A DNA stretch of 64,000 nucleotides from Fidelibacterota bacterium (GCA_046861655.1 JBHIAI010000001.1:32001-96000), one strand, 5' to 3'; counted from the first letter of the stretch, positions 39,291 to 49,650 are shown. Made by a program: numbers and translations. The notes: generated by a model not told the origin, from the sequence alone.

Positions 39291-39869
39291 TCACACCATT
39301 TCGGCAAAATACGCGGCTAAGTGTTCACGCAACAGAAGGCGGGCGCGATGCAAACGCACTTTCACCGCTCCAGGCGTAATGTTCAATATCTCCGCTGTCT
39401 CCCCAGTCGAAAGTTCCTCAATATCCCGAAGGATAAAGACCGTTCGCAGGGGTACCGGCAAGCCCGTAATGGCCTTGTCGAGTTGGGATTGTGTTTCGGA
39501 TCTGTCCAGGAGCAATTCAGGAGCAGTACTCCAGTCGACGAATATGGCGGGTACGGTCAACACCCCGTCCTGTTTTGTCCCGGCCTCGCTAAGGTGGACA
39601 ATAGGCTTCCGGTGCCGCAGTCTATCCACACTAAGGTTGTGGACGACGCGGTACAGCCATGTGCCTACCCGGGAAAGTCCTTTGAACTGATCCAATTTTT
39701 CGAAAAATCGAAGAAAGGCATCTTGTGCCACGTCTTCCGCCTCTTGCTCATCGCCCAAAATACCGAGGGCCAGACGGAACATTCGGTCGGAGTACATTTC
39801 GAACAGCTGGCGGAAGGCCTCCGCTGAACCGGCCCGCAGTGATGACAGCATCAATTCGTCATCGGCCAT
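39291..39869 (-). CDS. ECF RNA polymerase sigma factor
   Basis: AEDVAQDAF, TWLYRV and ETAEIL....AVKVRLHRAR motifs. Confidence 0.95.
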   Translation of the reverse strand: MADDELMLSSLRAGSAEAFRQLFEMYSDRMFRLALGILGDEQEAEDVAQDAFLRFFEKLDQFKGLSRVGTWLYRVVHNLSVDRLRHRKPIVHLSEAGTKQDGVLTVPAIFVDWSTAPELLLDRSETQSQLDKAITGLPVPLRTVFILRDIEELSTGETAEILNITPGAVKVRLHRARLLLREHLAAYFAEMV

Positions 39870-39884
39870 CAGAAACTCCAGCCG

Positions 39885-39914
39885 TTTAGACGAAGGGAGA
39901 TCCGGAAGGTTACA
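39885..39914 (-). promoter_or_regulatory. Probable autoregulatory ECF promoter
   Basis: TGTAACCTT-N13-CGTCTAAA just upstream of the sigma gene. Confidence 0.8.
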
Positions 39915-40162
39915 ATCGCGCTTCTCATCCGATCATGGACCCCAGGCCACCAAGCTTGAAATCATACCGCTCCAGTCTCGCCTGTATGGTAACAAGTCAT
40001 CCCAACTTGGACTATCCGTCCGCAAGGGAAAATACACGGTTATCTGTAGTAATACATGGGACTTTATCTATGTCTTGCCGATAAATAGGTCAGGCCAAGT
40101 TGTTTTGTATCCTGTGAAGTCAGGTACCGGTCCGGGTCATGAACCATCTGATCGGTACCCCG

Positions 40163-40600
40163 TTACTCGTCTGGCGAACGGTGGGCGGTGGCCTCCTCAT
40201 CGACCCAATCTTCTTCTTCCCACATCATACCCTTTCTGCCCGGCACTTTCCTGGTGGGTCCCGCCCTGTAGAATGAACACAATTTCGGTCCATAGCAAAA
40301 AGTCTCAAACCTATAGCGTCTTTGCTGAGGGTTCCACTGGTCAATGATCATGTCAACGGGCATACGACACCCCCAGACGCAGGCTTGACACTTCTTGGCA
40401 TAGGTCCTTGCATTCAGACGCTGGTGCCCTCGATGTCGGTAGGTAGGCAGATCGGGGGGAACACCATACCATGGAGGGGGATCAGGTGGTTCAGCGCTGG
40501 ATCGTTCTATGACGCTAAGCCGGATGCGGGGCTGAATTGAGGTGACTATGCCTTTCCAATCTACTTTCTCAGACATCACGTCATACAGATGGCGGTTCAT
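40163..40600 (-). CDS. Hypothetical Cys-rich protein, possibly N-terminally truncated
   Basis: C..C.WGC...FCYGP..C pattern and an acidic C-terminus (EEEDWVDEE). Confidence 0.6.
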   Translation of the reverse strand: MNRHLYDVMSEKVDWKGIVTSIQPRIRLSVIERSSAEPPDPPPWYGVPPDLPTYRHRGHQRLNARTYAKKCQACVWGCRMPVDMIIDQWNPQQRRYRFETFCYGPKLCSFYRAGPTRKVPGRKGMMWEEEDWVDEEATAHRSPDE

Positions 40601-40666
40601 GTTGAACGGGCTTGAACGTCTTCCGGCACGATGGTATGTCCACTGAGCCGGCCCACTTGTCGAAAC

Positions 40667-41485
40667 CTAGATATTCTCAAGTAATACCGAAGCCGAATAC
40701 GGAATGATTTCCCCTGTGTTTCTTTCTCTCCATATCTTCTCCGTGTGGGCCGCATTGTACACATGCCACTTCCCCGGGAATCGTTTGGCTATGGATCTCA
40801 GTATACCCATTTCTTTCTCTGAGAGAGGGTCGGCTGTGGTTTCGTCTGCTCTCATTATTTGACTCACTAACTCCCTGTAATTGTTGAGCTGAGGACCAAG
40901 CGGTAAAGCTGCATAGCTGCTTCCAGTCATGCTTCTGCCCAAATCCCTGAATGAGACCATGTCTGTGTACCATAGATACTTGGCTGTGAATAAGAATCTG
41001 TCATTTTCAACCAAAAGCCGCTTTTTCAGGATACTCTCGAGCTCCTTGATCACCAGTTTCAGCCGTGCCATTGAGAACTCTCTGTTTCCAGAGTATTCTG
41101 TTCCCAGGTCTTCACTCGTCAGTACGGTCCGAAGTGCCCTGTCCATGGAACGATTCTGAATTGAACTTCCTTCCCAGCGCTTGATGCTGGCGATTCCGAC
41201 TGAAATCCTTGTTGCGAGATCGCGTTGACTCAATGATCTCTGTTTTCTCAACTCTCTTATTTCATCTCCGGTAAGCAGCCCCACTTTCTTTCGATAGACA
41301 TTCGAAATGGTTTTTTGAATCGCGGTGGTTTGGTCTGTAGTACCTATCTCGATCCCACATCCGGGGCATTCGAAATACTCCGCCTCAATCGTAAAACTCT
41401 CGCCGCGGAACTCGATACTTTCGACCTTTGTGACCAAATTCATCTCACCGTGATCATTGGGGCAGAATTGATGTTGTTTTGTCAT
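40667..41485 (-). CDS. MqsA-like antitoxin (YgiT-type zinc finger, XRE HTH, DUF4065/Panacea-like domain)
   Basis: CP..H...ECPGCG, GLLT..EIRELR..SQRDLA..SIKRWE and KYLWY.D...TG..YAALP.GP motifs. Confidence 0.85.
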   Translation of the reverse strand: MTKQHQFCPNDHGEMNLVTKVESIEFRGESFTIEAEYFECPGCGIEIGTTDQTTAIQKTISNVYRKKVGLLTGDEIRELRKQRSLSQRDLATRISVGIASIKRWEGSSIQNRSMDRALRTVLTSEDLGTEYSGNREFSMARLKLVIKELESILKKRLLVENDRFLFTAKYLWYTDMVSFRDLGRSMTGSSYAALPLGPQLNNYRELVSQIMRADETTADPLSEKEMGILRSIAKRFPGKWHVYNAAHTEKIWRERNTGEIIPYSASVLLENI

Positions 41486-41551
41486 TCTCTGGCTGATCGT
41501 AGCTTTCCATCAAGCTCCTTGTAGCTAGGTCTCGGCAACCACGAAATTTAC

Positions 41552-41567
41552 GGTATCAAATGATACC
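41552..41567. promoter_or_regulatory. Operator-like palindrome upstream of the antitoxin
   Basis: GGTATCA-AA-TGATACC. Confidence 0.65.
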
Positions 41568-41625
41568 ATACAACGAGTGATTTTGTGAAGGCTACCCGCG
41601 AGCCTGTCGCATCTGTTCCGTGCGA

Positions 41626-41880
41626 TCATCTCCGGTTCGAGAGGGCTTGAAAAAACCCTAATAAAGTGATTACGACCGACCAAATAATGTGATTACCCAC
41701 ACCCACACATCGACTGCTGTGCTTATGTAAGGTGCTGCCACCTTTATTTTTTGTTGCAATATACGCCTTTTGTATGCTAACCTTGAAAAAGAACCAAGCG
41801 GGAGTGAGGTAGCGAAGCCACAGGTGAAAAACGAGACCCAACAGGGAGGAAACCATGAGAAACCAATGGGGACCTGACAT
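41626..41880 (-). CDS. Hypothetical two-TM membrane protein
   Basis: 84 aa with two hydrophobic segments; AGGTG upstream. Confidence 0.4.
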   Translation of the reverse strand: MSGPHWFLMVSSLLGLVFHLWLRYLTPAWFFFKVSIQKAYIATKNKGGSTLHKHSSRCVGVGNHIIWSVVITLLGFFQALSNRR

Positions 41881-42051
41881 GGATCACACCTACATACCCC
41901 AGGATATAGCCGTGCTGTGCGACAGGATCGGGGGAGATGAAAATCGTTCTGGAAAAACTTTTCAGGCAGATTTTATAGTAAATTATGTGTATATTTAAGT
42001 ATTATTAATTATATTTTCATTATATGAAACTCTTAATTCTTTAGGTTTGCC

Positions 42052-43296
42052 ATGATTGCCCATGTGGATATGGATTGTTTTTTCGTGGCCATCGAACGGT
42101 TCAAGGACCCCTCCCTGGTGGGGAAAGCCGTGGCCGTGGGGGGGGACCCTGAGAAAGGCCGGTCGGTGGTCACCTCGGCCTCGTACGAAGCCAGGCAGTA
42201 CGGCATCCATTCGGCCATGCCCATGGCCGTGGCCATCAGGCGGTGCCCACACCTTGTGGTGGTGCCGGTGGATTTTGAGCGGTATGACCGGGTCCACCTG
42301 GAGGTCAAGAAGGTCCTGGAATCGTTCTCTCCGGCTGTGGACATGACCTCCATCGATGAAGGGTACGTGGACTTGACCGGCACCGGTCGGCTGTGGGGAC
42401 CTCCCCTGAAGGCGGCAGAGCGTATCAAGTGGGCGGTACAGGAAGCCACGGGTCTCACCTGTACCGTGGGCCTTGCGAAGAACCGGCTGGTGGCCAAAAT
42501 CGCCTCGGGCTGGGCCAAGCCCGATGGACTTCTTCATATTCCACCCCAGCAGGTGGAAAAACTTCTGGCTCCCCTGCCGGTGGAGGCCATCCCCGGAGTG
42601 GGCGAGAAAATGGCCGCTACCTTGCGGTCCCTGGGCCTGGAGAGGGTGGGACAGATCCAGGCGGTGGATGAATCCCTCATGGACGCCACCTTCGGAGCCT
42701 TCGGCCGGAGCCTGTGGCGAGCCGCCCGGGGAGAAGATCCGTCATGGGGGAGAGATCCCGCCAGCCGCATCCCGTCCGGGCGGGACAGGGGTGCGGGACA
42801 CGGGACATCAAGGAAGTCCATCAGCAAAGAGATCACCTTCCCGGTGGATACCACCGACCGCAAGTACCTGGTCTCGGTTCTCCACTATCTTACGGAAAAA
42901 GTGTGCCGAAGCTTACGACAAAAAAGTAGGGCGGCCCGGACGGTGAACGTGAAACTGCGGTATGAAGATTTTGAAACCCGCCTTGCCTCGGCCACGTTTA
43001 ACGAACCGGAAAACAGGGACGAGGCAATCTTTTCATCGGCCTGGCGCTTGATGGAGAAGGCCATTACCCGGCGTGTGGGGATCCGCCTGGTGGGGGTTTC
43101 CCTGTCGAATCTCACCGGGTGTGTCCATCAAACCGACCTGTTTGAGGAAACCGGATGGGTGAAAGGGTGGCAAAGGCTACAGGCGGTGGACCTGACCCGG
43201 GAGCGGTTTGGGTTTAATGCCGTCCTTTCCGGGGAAGCCATCTATCTTCTTGCCTACCCGCCTGACAGGCTCTTCCGACACCGGGGTTCGGTGTGA
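42052..43296 (+). CDS. dinB: DNA polymerase IV (Y family)
   Basis: HVDMDCFF, SYEAR, SIDEGY, AKPDG and IRLVGV motifs; clamp-motif-like QTDLF. Confidence 0.95.
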   Translation: MIAHVDMDCFFVAIERFKDPSLVGKAVAVGGDPEKGRSVVTSASYEARQYGIHSAMPMAVAIRRCPHLVVVPVDFERYDRVHLEVKKVLESFSPAVDMTSIDEGYVDLTGTGRLWGPPLKAAERIKWAVQEATGLTCTVGLAKNRLVAKIASGWAKPDGLLHIPPQQVEKLLAPLPVEAIPGVGEKMAATLRSLGLERVGQIQAVDESLMDATFGAFGRSLWRAARGEDPSWGRDPASRIPSGRDRGAGHGTSRKSISKEITFPVDTTDRKYLVSVLHYLTEKVCRSLRQKSRAARTVNVKLRYEDFETRLASATFNEPENRDEAIFSSAWRLMEKAITRRVGIRLVGVSLSNLTGCVHQTDLFEETGWVKGWQRLQAVDLTRERFGFNAVLSGEAIYLLAYPPDRLFRHRGSV

Positions 43297-43416
43297 ATAG
43301 ATAAATGTCTTGATGAAAGTCCGTCTGGAAGGCATATTCCCGCCGTAGCGGGACAGGTTGTATGGGTGGACATCATATGTGCGATTGTATAAAGGAGACA
43401 AAAGGAGGGAAGTCAC

Positions 43417-43821
43417 ATGCAGCGAGGAAGCGTAAACCGGGTCTTTATCGTGGGGTATCTAGGGTCGGATCCTGAAAGCCGGTACACCGCTGCGGGAACC
43501 GCCACCACGACATTCCGGGTGGCCACCAATGAGTCCTGGCGAGACAGCGAGGGGGAGCTCCAGGAACATACCGAATGGCACCGCTGCGTGCTGTTTGGCA
43601 AAGCGGCCGAGATGGCGAAAGAATACCTGAAGAAAGGCCGTCTGGTGGCCCTGGAGGGGCGTCTGAGAACCCGCACCTGGGAAGATAAAGAGGGTGTCCA
43701 ACGGTCCACTACGGAAATCCGGGGGGATACCTTTACCATGCTCGGCCGGAGAGGGGATACGGCGGAAGAAGCACCCGAAGAAGAGTCGGAACCGGCCAGC
43801 GATGACGATCTTCCGTTTTAA
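43417..43821 (+). CDS. ssb: Single-stranded DNA-binding protein
   Basis: VNRV..VG.LG.DPE, TEWH, EG.L.TR.W and C-terminal DDDLPF. Confidence 0.97.
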   Translation: MQRGSVNRVFIVGYLGSDPESRYTAAGTATTTFRVATNESWRDSEGELQEHTEWHRCVLFGKAAEMAKEYLKKGRLVALEGRLRTRTWEDKEGVQRSTTEIRGDTFTMLGRRGDTAEEAPEEESEPASDDDLPF

Positions 43822-43927
43822 GGCGACCCTTTTTAGAACGCGGCCTTAGCGGGGTGACGAGTTTCAGGCATCCCCGCGGCGATTGCCAGGACCAGACAGA
43901 TCATTTTCAGCCGCAGGTTCTTTTGCA

Positions 43928-44042
43928 GCGCTTTTCTTCTGAAGAAAAGCGCGAGACATCTTTTTCATAGGGAGAACCGACACCCGCGTTTGTCTCGCCC
44001 AGTGACCTTCTCTTGTCGTCCTTCCTTTTCGAAAAGAAGGAC
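43928..44042. repeat. Two related T/A-tract palindromes
   Basis: GCGCTTTTCTTC-T-GAAGAAAAGCGC (43928-43952) and GTCCTT-C-CTTTTC-GAAAAG-AAGGAC (44018-44042). Confidence 0.7.
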
Positions 44043-44171
44043 CCCCGAAAAAGCACCGGGATCGTCAAACAGAAATCGATCTTATTCCTTGAGCTTCGCT
44101 GCGTCCAACCGAGTCTGGATCTTCCTGAGGCGACAAAAAAAAACAAAAAACCAACCTGATACATATCTGTT

Positions 44172-44942
44172 GTGCGCATCCGTCCCCTGTTCATCTGTAA
44201 GAGCCACTACACCTTCCTGGAAGGGATTCACGCCGTTTCCGACCTTGTGGAATTCGCCCGGGACCGGGGTATAACCCCGCTGTGCCTGGCAGACAAAAAC
44301 GGGCTGTACGGCGCCGTGGAATTCCTTACCGCCTGCCGGGACGCGGGGATTCACCCCATCCTGGGGACCGAACTGGTCCAGGGGCCCAGACAGGCAATCC
44401 TTCTGGCCAGGAATCACACAGGCTACGAGGAAATGTCGGAGTGGGTGACCCGACTGCACCTGGACGGACTTCGCATCGATAAGGACCTTGAGGTAGACTC
44501 CCCCAATCTTCTGGTTCTGTGCCGGGATCCGTTTCTCCTTCAGCGCTGGCTCAAACCGGGAAAAAACTCCCTGTTTCCAGCCCTGACTCTCACCAACCGG
44601 CAAGCCTGCCAGACGGTGCTGAACCTTCTCAGCCGGAGACCGTCCCGCCAGGGCGGGACCCGGATCCCCGCGGTGCCGGTGGTGGAGGTCAACCTTCTCT
44701 CCCCAAACGATACATCGCTGTACCGGATGGTCAGCGCCATCCGCCTGGACTGTACGGTCCAGACCCTGCCCACGGAAGACCTGTACCCATGGGAAGAAGC
44801 CCTGGAAAGGCTTTCCCCTGAGATCGAGACCGATACCCCTCCCTATGACCCCCTTCTGTCTGGAACAGACCTCGCCCACCGATGCCAGCTGGAGCTTGAC
44901 GTTAACAGCTATCATCTGCCAGCGTTCACACCAACAGAGTAG
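44172..44942 (+). CDS. Stand-alone PHP domain equivalent to the N-terminus of a DnaE2-type polymerase
   Basis: SHYTFLEG, LADKNGLYGAVEF, HPILGTEL and LLARN.TGY motifs; ends in the linker RCQLEL...YHLPAF followed by TAG. Confidence 0.85.
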   Translation: MRIRPLFICKSHYTFLEGIHAVSDLVEFARDRGITPLCLADKNGLYGAVEFLTACRDAGIHPILGTELVQGPRQAILLARNHTGYEEMSEWVTRLHLDGLRIDKDLEVDSPNLLVLCRDPFLLQRWLKPGKNSLFPALTLTNRQACQTVLNLLSRRPSRQGGTRIPAVPVVEVNLLSPNDTSLYRMVSAIRLDCTVQTLPTEDLYPWEEALERLSPEIETDTPPYDPLLSGTDLAHRCQLELDVNSYHLPAFTPTE

Positions 44943-45044
44943 TCTGCAACCCCCCCCTGCAACCTTATTTATTAAAAAATATGGTGCCATATGTTTAAAA
45001 AACCCTTGAAATATTTGTTCATGACTTATAGAATGTAGAATTCC

Positions 45045-45506
45045 ATGGTAGATGAAAAGGACAGGATCATTCTGGATTTACTCCAGGATAGTGGCCGGAG
45101 GACTGCCAGGGAGGTGGCAGACCATGTGGATCTGTCGGTACCGGCGGTAGGGGAGCGGATCAAGAAACTGGTGGATGAAGGGATTATCGGTGAGTTCCGG
45201 GCGGTGGTGGATCCCAAGAAACTGGGGTACGATGTGACGGCGTTCATCCTGGTGGTGATGGCGTCCTCGGAACATTATGAGGATCTTGTGACGGAGGCGA
45301 GGGGGTCGGATGAGGTGCTGGAATGCCACTCCATCACGGGGGAGGGTTCCCACATCTTGAAAGTTCGAACCCACGATACCTCTTCCCTGGAGGGACTTTT
45401 GAGGGAGATTCAGTCCTGGCCCGGGGTGATTCGCACCCATACCATGGTGGTCATGTCCACCTTCAAGGAAACCACCCGGTTGAAACTTCATCAGAGGAAA
45501 AAATAA
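45045..45506 (+). CDS. Lrp/AsnC family regulator
   Basis: D.KD..IL..LQ, ERIKKL...GII and ECHSITGE motifs; promoter TTGAAA-N17-TAGAAT at 45006-45034. Confidence 0.93.
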   Translation: MVDEKDRIILDLLQDSGRRTAREVADHVDLSVPAVGERIKKLVDEGIIGEFRAVVDPKKLGYDVTAFILVVMASSEHYEDLVTEARGSDEVLECHSITGEGSHILKVRTHDTSSLEGLLREIQSWPGVIRTHTMVVMSTFKETTRLKLHQRKK

Positions 45507-45559
45507 ACCACAGAGGACACAGAGTAGGATCTATAGTTTTTCTCTGCGCTTTCTGTGGT
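45507..45559. repeat. ACCACAGAG-type intergenic inverted repeat
   Basis: ACCACAGAGGACACAGAG ... CTCTGCGCTTTCTGTGGT. Confidence 0.7.
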
Positions 45560-45581
45560 CCCATCTTCTCAAGTTAAAGTC

Positions 45582-46724
45582 ATGTCCAGCGGGGAGGTTG
45601 ACTATGACGTGGTGATTGTGGGGGCCGGGGTGGTGGGACTGGCGGTGGCCTGGGCCCTGGCGAAGAGCAAGGTAACTTCCGTCTTAGCCATAGAGAAAGA
45701 ATCGAGTTACGGCCGGGGGACCTCCGGTCGAAACAGTGAGGTTATCCACTCCGGTATCTACTATCCCAAGGATTCCCTGAAAAGTCATTATTGCCGTGCC
45801 GGGAGAGACGCCTTATACCGATTCTGCCGGGAAAACGATGTATGGCACGCCCGGTGCGGGAAACTGGTGGTGGCTCAGAAGGGACAGGAGAGGGAGTTGG
45901 AGAGGCTTCATGAACAGGCCCTGCGTAATGAGGTTCCGGATACCTATCTCATGGACGCAACGGAAATGGCTACCCTGGAACCGGACGTGTCGGGTAGGCG
46001 TGCCCTCTTCGTGGGATGTACGGGTGTCGTATCGGCCCATGATCTCATGTCGGCCTTCTACCGCCACTCCGTAGAAGCGAACCACGACCTGGTGGTTAAG
46101 GCCCGGGTGGTCGGGGTGGAATCCCGGGGTGACCGGTACGCGGTAGCGGTGGAAGGTCCCGGAGAGGCAACCTACACTGTAACGGCCACCTGGGTGGTGA
46201 ACGCGGCGGGACTCTACGGTGACCGGGTGGCGGCGTTTCTGTGGGGGTCGAAAGAAGCCGACGGCCTGACCCTTCATTACTCCAAGGGATCGTACTTTAG
46301 ACTTTCTTCCCGATGGCGCCATCGCGTTCAACACCTGGTTTATCCCCTGCCGGACCCTGAGCACGATTCTTTGGGTATTCACCTCAGTTTCGATCAGGGC
46401 GGTGCCGTGAGGCTGGGTCCCGATGCCGAATGGCTTGCGGAAAACAGGGAGGATTATACCGTGCCTGAGGACCGGAAAGAGATGTTCTACACGGCCGCAA
46501 AACGGTATTTACCGGGGCTTGATCTTGAGGATTTGAGTCCCGACTTCGCCGGGATCCGGCCGAAACTGGCGGGACCGGATGAAGGCCCCTCTGATTTCTA
46601 CATCCAGCATGAAACCTCCCGGGGATATCCCGGATGGATCAACCTCATGGGGATTGACTCTCCGGGATTGACGGCGGCCATCGCCATCGGCGAGGATGTC
46701 GCCAAATGGATTACGGAAGCATAG
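45582..46724 (+). CDS. FAD-dependent oxidoreductase, L-2-hydroxyglutarate oxidase family
   Basis: VGAGVVG, SGRNSEVIHSGIYY, LVYPLP, AGIRPKL and GIDSPGLT motifs. Confidence 0.9.
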   Translation: MSSGEVDYDVVIVGAGVVGLAVAWALAKSKVTSVLAIEKESSYGRGTSGRNSEVIHSGIYYPKDSLKSHYCRAGRDALYRFCRENDVWHARCGKLVVAQKGQERELERLHEQALRNEVPDTYLMDATEMATLEPDVSGRRALFVGCTGVVSAHDLMSAFYRHSVEANHDLVVKARVVGVESRGDRYAVAVEGPGEATYTVTATWVVNAAGLYGDRVAAFLWGSKEADGLTLHYSKGSYFRLSSRWRHRVQHLVYPLPDPEHDSLGIHLSFDQGGAVRLGPDAEWLAENREDYTVPEDRKEMFYTAAKRYLPGLDLEDLSPDFAGIRPKLAGPDEGPSDFYIQHETSRGYPGWINLMGIDSPGLTAAIAIGEDVAKWITEA

Positions 46725-46765
46725 ACTCGCAACGATAAAACCCACGAACGAAAAGGAGAACAGAC

Positions 46766-48178
46766 GTGACACCGAAGGAATTTTTCGAGTTCTGTAAGGA
46801 AAATCGTGCCGAGATGGTCGATCTGAAGTTTGTGGACCTTTTGGGTACGTGGCAGCATTGTTCATTCCCGATTGACACCCTGGATGAGAGTACGTTCGAG
46901 GACGGCCTGGGATTCGACGGTTCCTCCATTCGCGGATGGCAGGGAATCCACATGTCGGACATGCTGGCGGTTCCCGATCCAGCCACCACGTGTCTGGACC
47001 CCTTTTTCGCGAAGCCCACGGTCAGTGTGATCGCCAATATTGTGGATCCGGTGACGAAACAGGACTACACACGCGATCCGCGTCATGTCGCCCGGAAAGG
47101 GGAACAGTACCTTCGATCAACGGGGATCGCGGACACCTGCTACATCGGCCCGGAGCCCGAGTTTTTCATCTTTGACGAAGTGAGATTTGAGCAGAACCAG
47201 CATACGGGGATGTACAGGATTGATTCTATTGAAGGTGCCTGGAATACAGCCCGCTTCGAAGAACCCAATCTGGGGTACAAACCCAGTTTTAAGGGAGGAT
47301 ATTTTCCGGTGAGTCCTACCGATACGTACCATGACCTGCGCGGGGAAATGGTGTATGAGATGCGCAAGGTAGGAATCATCGTTGAAGCCCACCACCACGA
47401 GGTGGCTACAGGAGGTCAGGGTGAGATTGATATGAGATACGCGCCGCTGTTGAAAATGTCGGACCAGTTCATGTGGTACAAATACATCATCAAGAACGTG
47501 GCCAAGCGGAATGGGAAAACCGTAACCTTCATGCCGAAACCCGTTTTTGAAGATAATGGTAGCGGAATGCACACCCATTTTTCATTATGGAAGGGGGGGG
47601 AACCGCTGTTTGCGGATGACGGGTACGCCGGATTGAGCAAACTTGCCCTGAATGCCGCGGGGGGTATCCTGAAACACGCGCCGGCCATTCTGGCGTTCGC
47701 GGCGCCCACCACCAATTCCTACCGTCGATTGGTTCCAGGATTTGAGGCACCGGTGAACCTGTGCCTGTCGGCCAGAAACCGGTCTGCGGCAGTCCGTATC
47801 CCCATGTATTCGGCGAATCCCAAGTCCAAGCGGCTTGAATTCCGTTGTCCGGATCCCACGTGTAACGGGTATTTGACCTGGACGGCTATGATGATGGCGG
47901 CTATCGATGGTATCCAGAATCAAATCGATCCCGGGAAACCTCTGGATAGGGATATTTACGAAATGAAACCGGAAGAACTGGAAGGGTACCATCATACACC
48001 TGGGTCACTGGAAGAGGCCCTGAAGGCGCTGGAGGATGATCATGAGTTCCTCACAGAAGGCAAGGTCTTTACGGAGGATTTGATTGAGACCTGGATCCGG
48101 TGGAAACGCGATGAGGAGCTAGCGCCGCTGGCCCGGAGACCCCATCCATTTGAGTTCCATCTGTATTACGACGCGTAG
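46766..48178 (+). CDS. glnA: Type I glutamine synthetase
   Basis: [39 protein letters not shown] and RLEFR motifs; AAGGAG RBS. Confidence 0.97.
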   Translation: MTPKEFFEFCKENRAEMVDLKFVDLLGTWQHCSFPIDTLDESTFEDGLGFDGSSIRGWQGIHMSDMLAVPDPATTCLDPFFAKPTVSVIANIVDPVTKQDYTRDPRHVARKGEQYLRSTGIADTCYIGPEPEFFIFDEVRFEQNQHTGMYRIDSIEGAWNTARFEEPNLGYKPSFKGGYFPVSPTDTYHDLRGEMVYEMRKVGIIVEAHHHEVATGGQGEIDMRYAPLLKMSDQFMWYKYIIKNVAKRNGKTVTFMPKPVFEDNGSGMHTHFSLWKGGEPLFADDGYAGLSKLALNAAGGILKHAPAILAFAAPTTNSYRRLVPGFEAPVNLCLSARNRSAAVRIPMYSANPKSKRLEFRCPDPTCNGYLTWTAMMMAAIDGIQNQIDPGKPLDRDIYEMKPEELEGYHHTPGSLEEALKALEDDHEFLTEGKVFTEDLIETWIRWKRDEELAPLARRPHPFEFHLYYDA

Positions 48179-48219
48179 CTTTGGGGGGTACCGCTCACGC
48201 TATCTTCCCGGTCGTCTGG

Positions 48220-49605
48220 ATGAATAGAAGGTTTCCCGTCGTTGTTCTCCTATTTCATTTTCTGAACTATGCGGCGGGACCGGGACCGCCCCATTCGGTT
48301 CAGGTGCTGGCGGTCAAGACCGTGGTGAACCCGTCAGTGGAAAAACTCATGGCCGCCGCCCTGGCTGACAGTTCTGCCTATGAACGTTTGGCGTATCTCA
48401 CCGATACGTTCGGTCCCCGTTTCAGCGGGACGCGGAATCTGGAAGATGCCATCGACTGGATTCTTTCCGAGATGACGGAAGACGGGTTACAGAATGTTCA
48501 CGGAGAGGGCGTTAGGGTCCCCCGGTGGGTCCGGGGAACCGAGAAGGTGGAACTGTTAGAACCCAGGTATAAGAATCTGGCCATGTTGGGACTGGGAGGG
48601 AGCGTAGGAACCCCTCCCGAAGGAATCACGGCGGAGGTTCTGGTGGTCAAGAATTTTGATGAATTGGCGGCTCGCGCGGATGAGGCGGAAGGGAAGATCG
48701 TTCTTTTCAATGCCCCTTTCACCACGTACGGAGAGACGGTGGAGTATCGTATCGGCGGTGCCAGTGCCGCAGCCAGGGCGGGGGCGGTGGCCAGCCTGGT
48801 GCGTTCCGTGGGACCGTATTCCATGAATACCCCTCATACAGGGGGCATGGGGTACGAGGAGGGCGTTCGCAAGGTTCCCCATGGGGCTATCACCGTGGAG
48901 GACGCCATGATGATTCAGCGGATGGTGAACGGTGGAAAAAAGGTGGTGGTCCGCATGTACATGGAGGCCCATTTTGAGGAAGATGTTCTCTCCCGGAATG
49001 TGGTGGGGGAGATTGTGGGGCGTGAAAAGCCAGAGGAGGTGGTAGTTCTGGGAGGCCACATCGATTCGTGGGATGTGGGGACGGGAGCCATGGATGATGC
49101 GGGGGGATGTGTGGCGGCCTGGGAGGCAGTCAGGCTCATGCACGCGTTGAACGTACGGCCCCGGCGGACAGTCCGGGTGGTGTTATGGACCAATGAAGAG
49201 AATGGGCTCCGGGGAGCGAAGGCTTACCGGGACGCCCATCAGGACGAATTGGGGAATCACATACTGGCCATGGAGTCTGACAACGGCGTATTCAAGCCCA
49301 TGGGGTTTGGGTTTACCGGTTCGGATCGGGCCAGGGGGATGGTGGAGGAGATTGTGAAGTACCTCAAGCCCATCGAGGCCGATTCCATCCTGGAGGGGGG
49401 CAGTGCCGCCGATATCGGTCCCCTTGAAAAGGAGGGAGTTCCCGTCATGTCCTTGAAGGTGGACCGGTCCCGTTATTTCTGGTATCATCATACTCATGCC
49501 GATACGATTGACAAGCTCGATCCCCACGAGCTCAATCTCTGTATCGCTGCCCTGGCGGTCATGGCCTACGGGGTGGCCGACCTCCCCGAGCGCCTTCCCC
49601 GGTAG
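48220..49605 (+). CDS. M28 peptidase (carboxypeptidase Q-like) with PA domain
   Basis: GHIDSWD, MDDAGG, NEE, ESD and YHHT.ADT motifs. Confidence 0.92.
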   Translation: MNRRFPVVVLLFHFLNYAAGPGPPHSVQVLAVKTVVNPSVEKLMAAALADSSAYERLAYLTDTFGPRFSGTRNLEDAIDWILSEMTEDGLQNVHGEGVRVPRWVRGTEKVELLEPRYKNLAMLGLGGSVGTPPEGITAEVLVVKNFDELAARADEAEGKIVLFNAPFTTYGETVEYRIGGASAAARAGAVASLVRSVGPYSMNTPHTGGMGYEEGVRKVPHGAITVEDAMMIQRMVNGGKKVVVRMYMEAHFEEDVLSRNVVGEIVGREKPEEVVVLGGHIDSWDVGTGAMDDAGGCVAAWEAVRLMHALNVRPRRTVRVVLWTNEENGLRGAKAYRDAHQDELGNHILAMESDNGVFKPMGFGFTGSDRARGMVEEIVKYLKPIEADSILEGGSAADIGPLEKEGVPVMSLKVDRSRYFWYHHTHADTIDKLDPHELNLCIAALAVMAYGVADLPERLPR

Positions 49606-49650
49606 TCGGGAGTTCACCCATCACTTAAGGAACTGTTTCACGAGTGTTGA

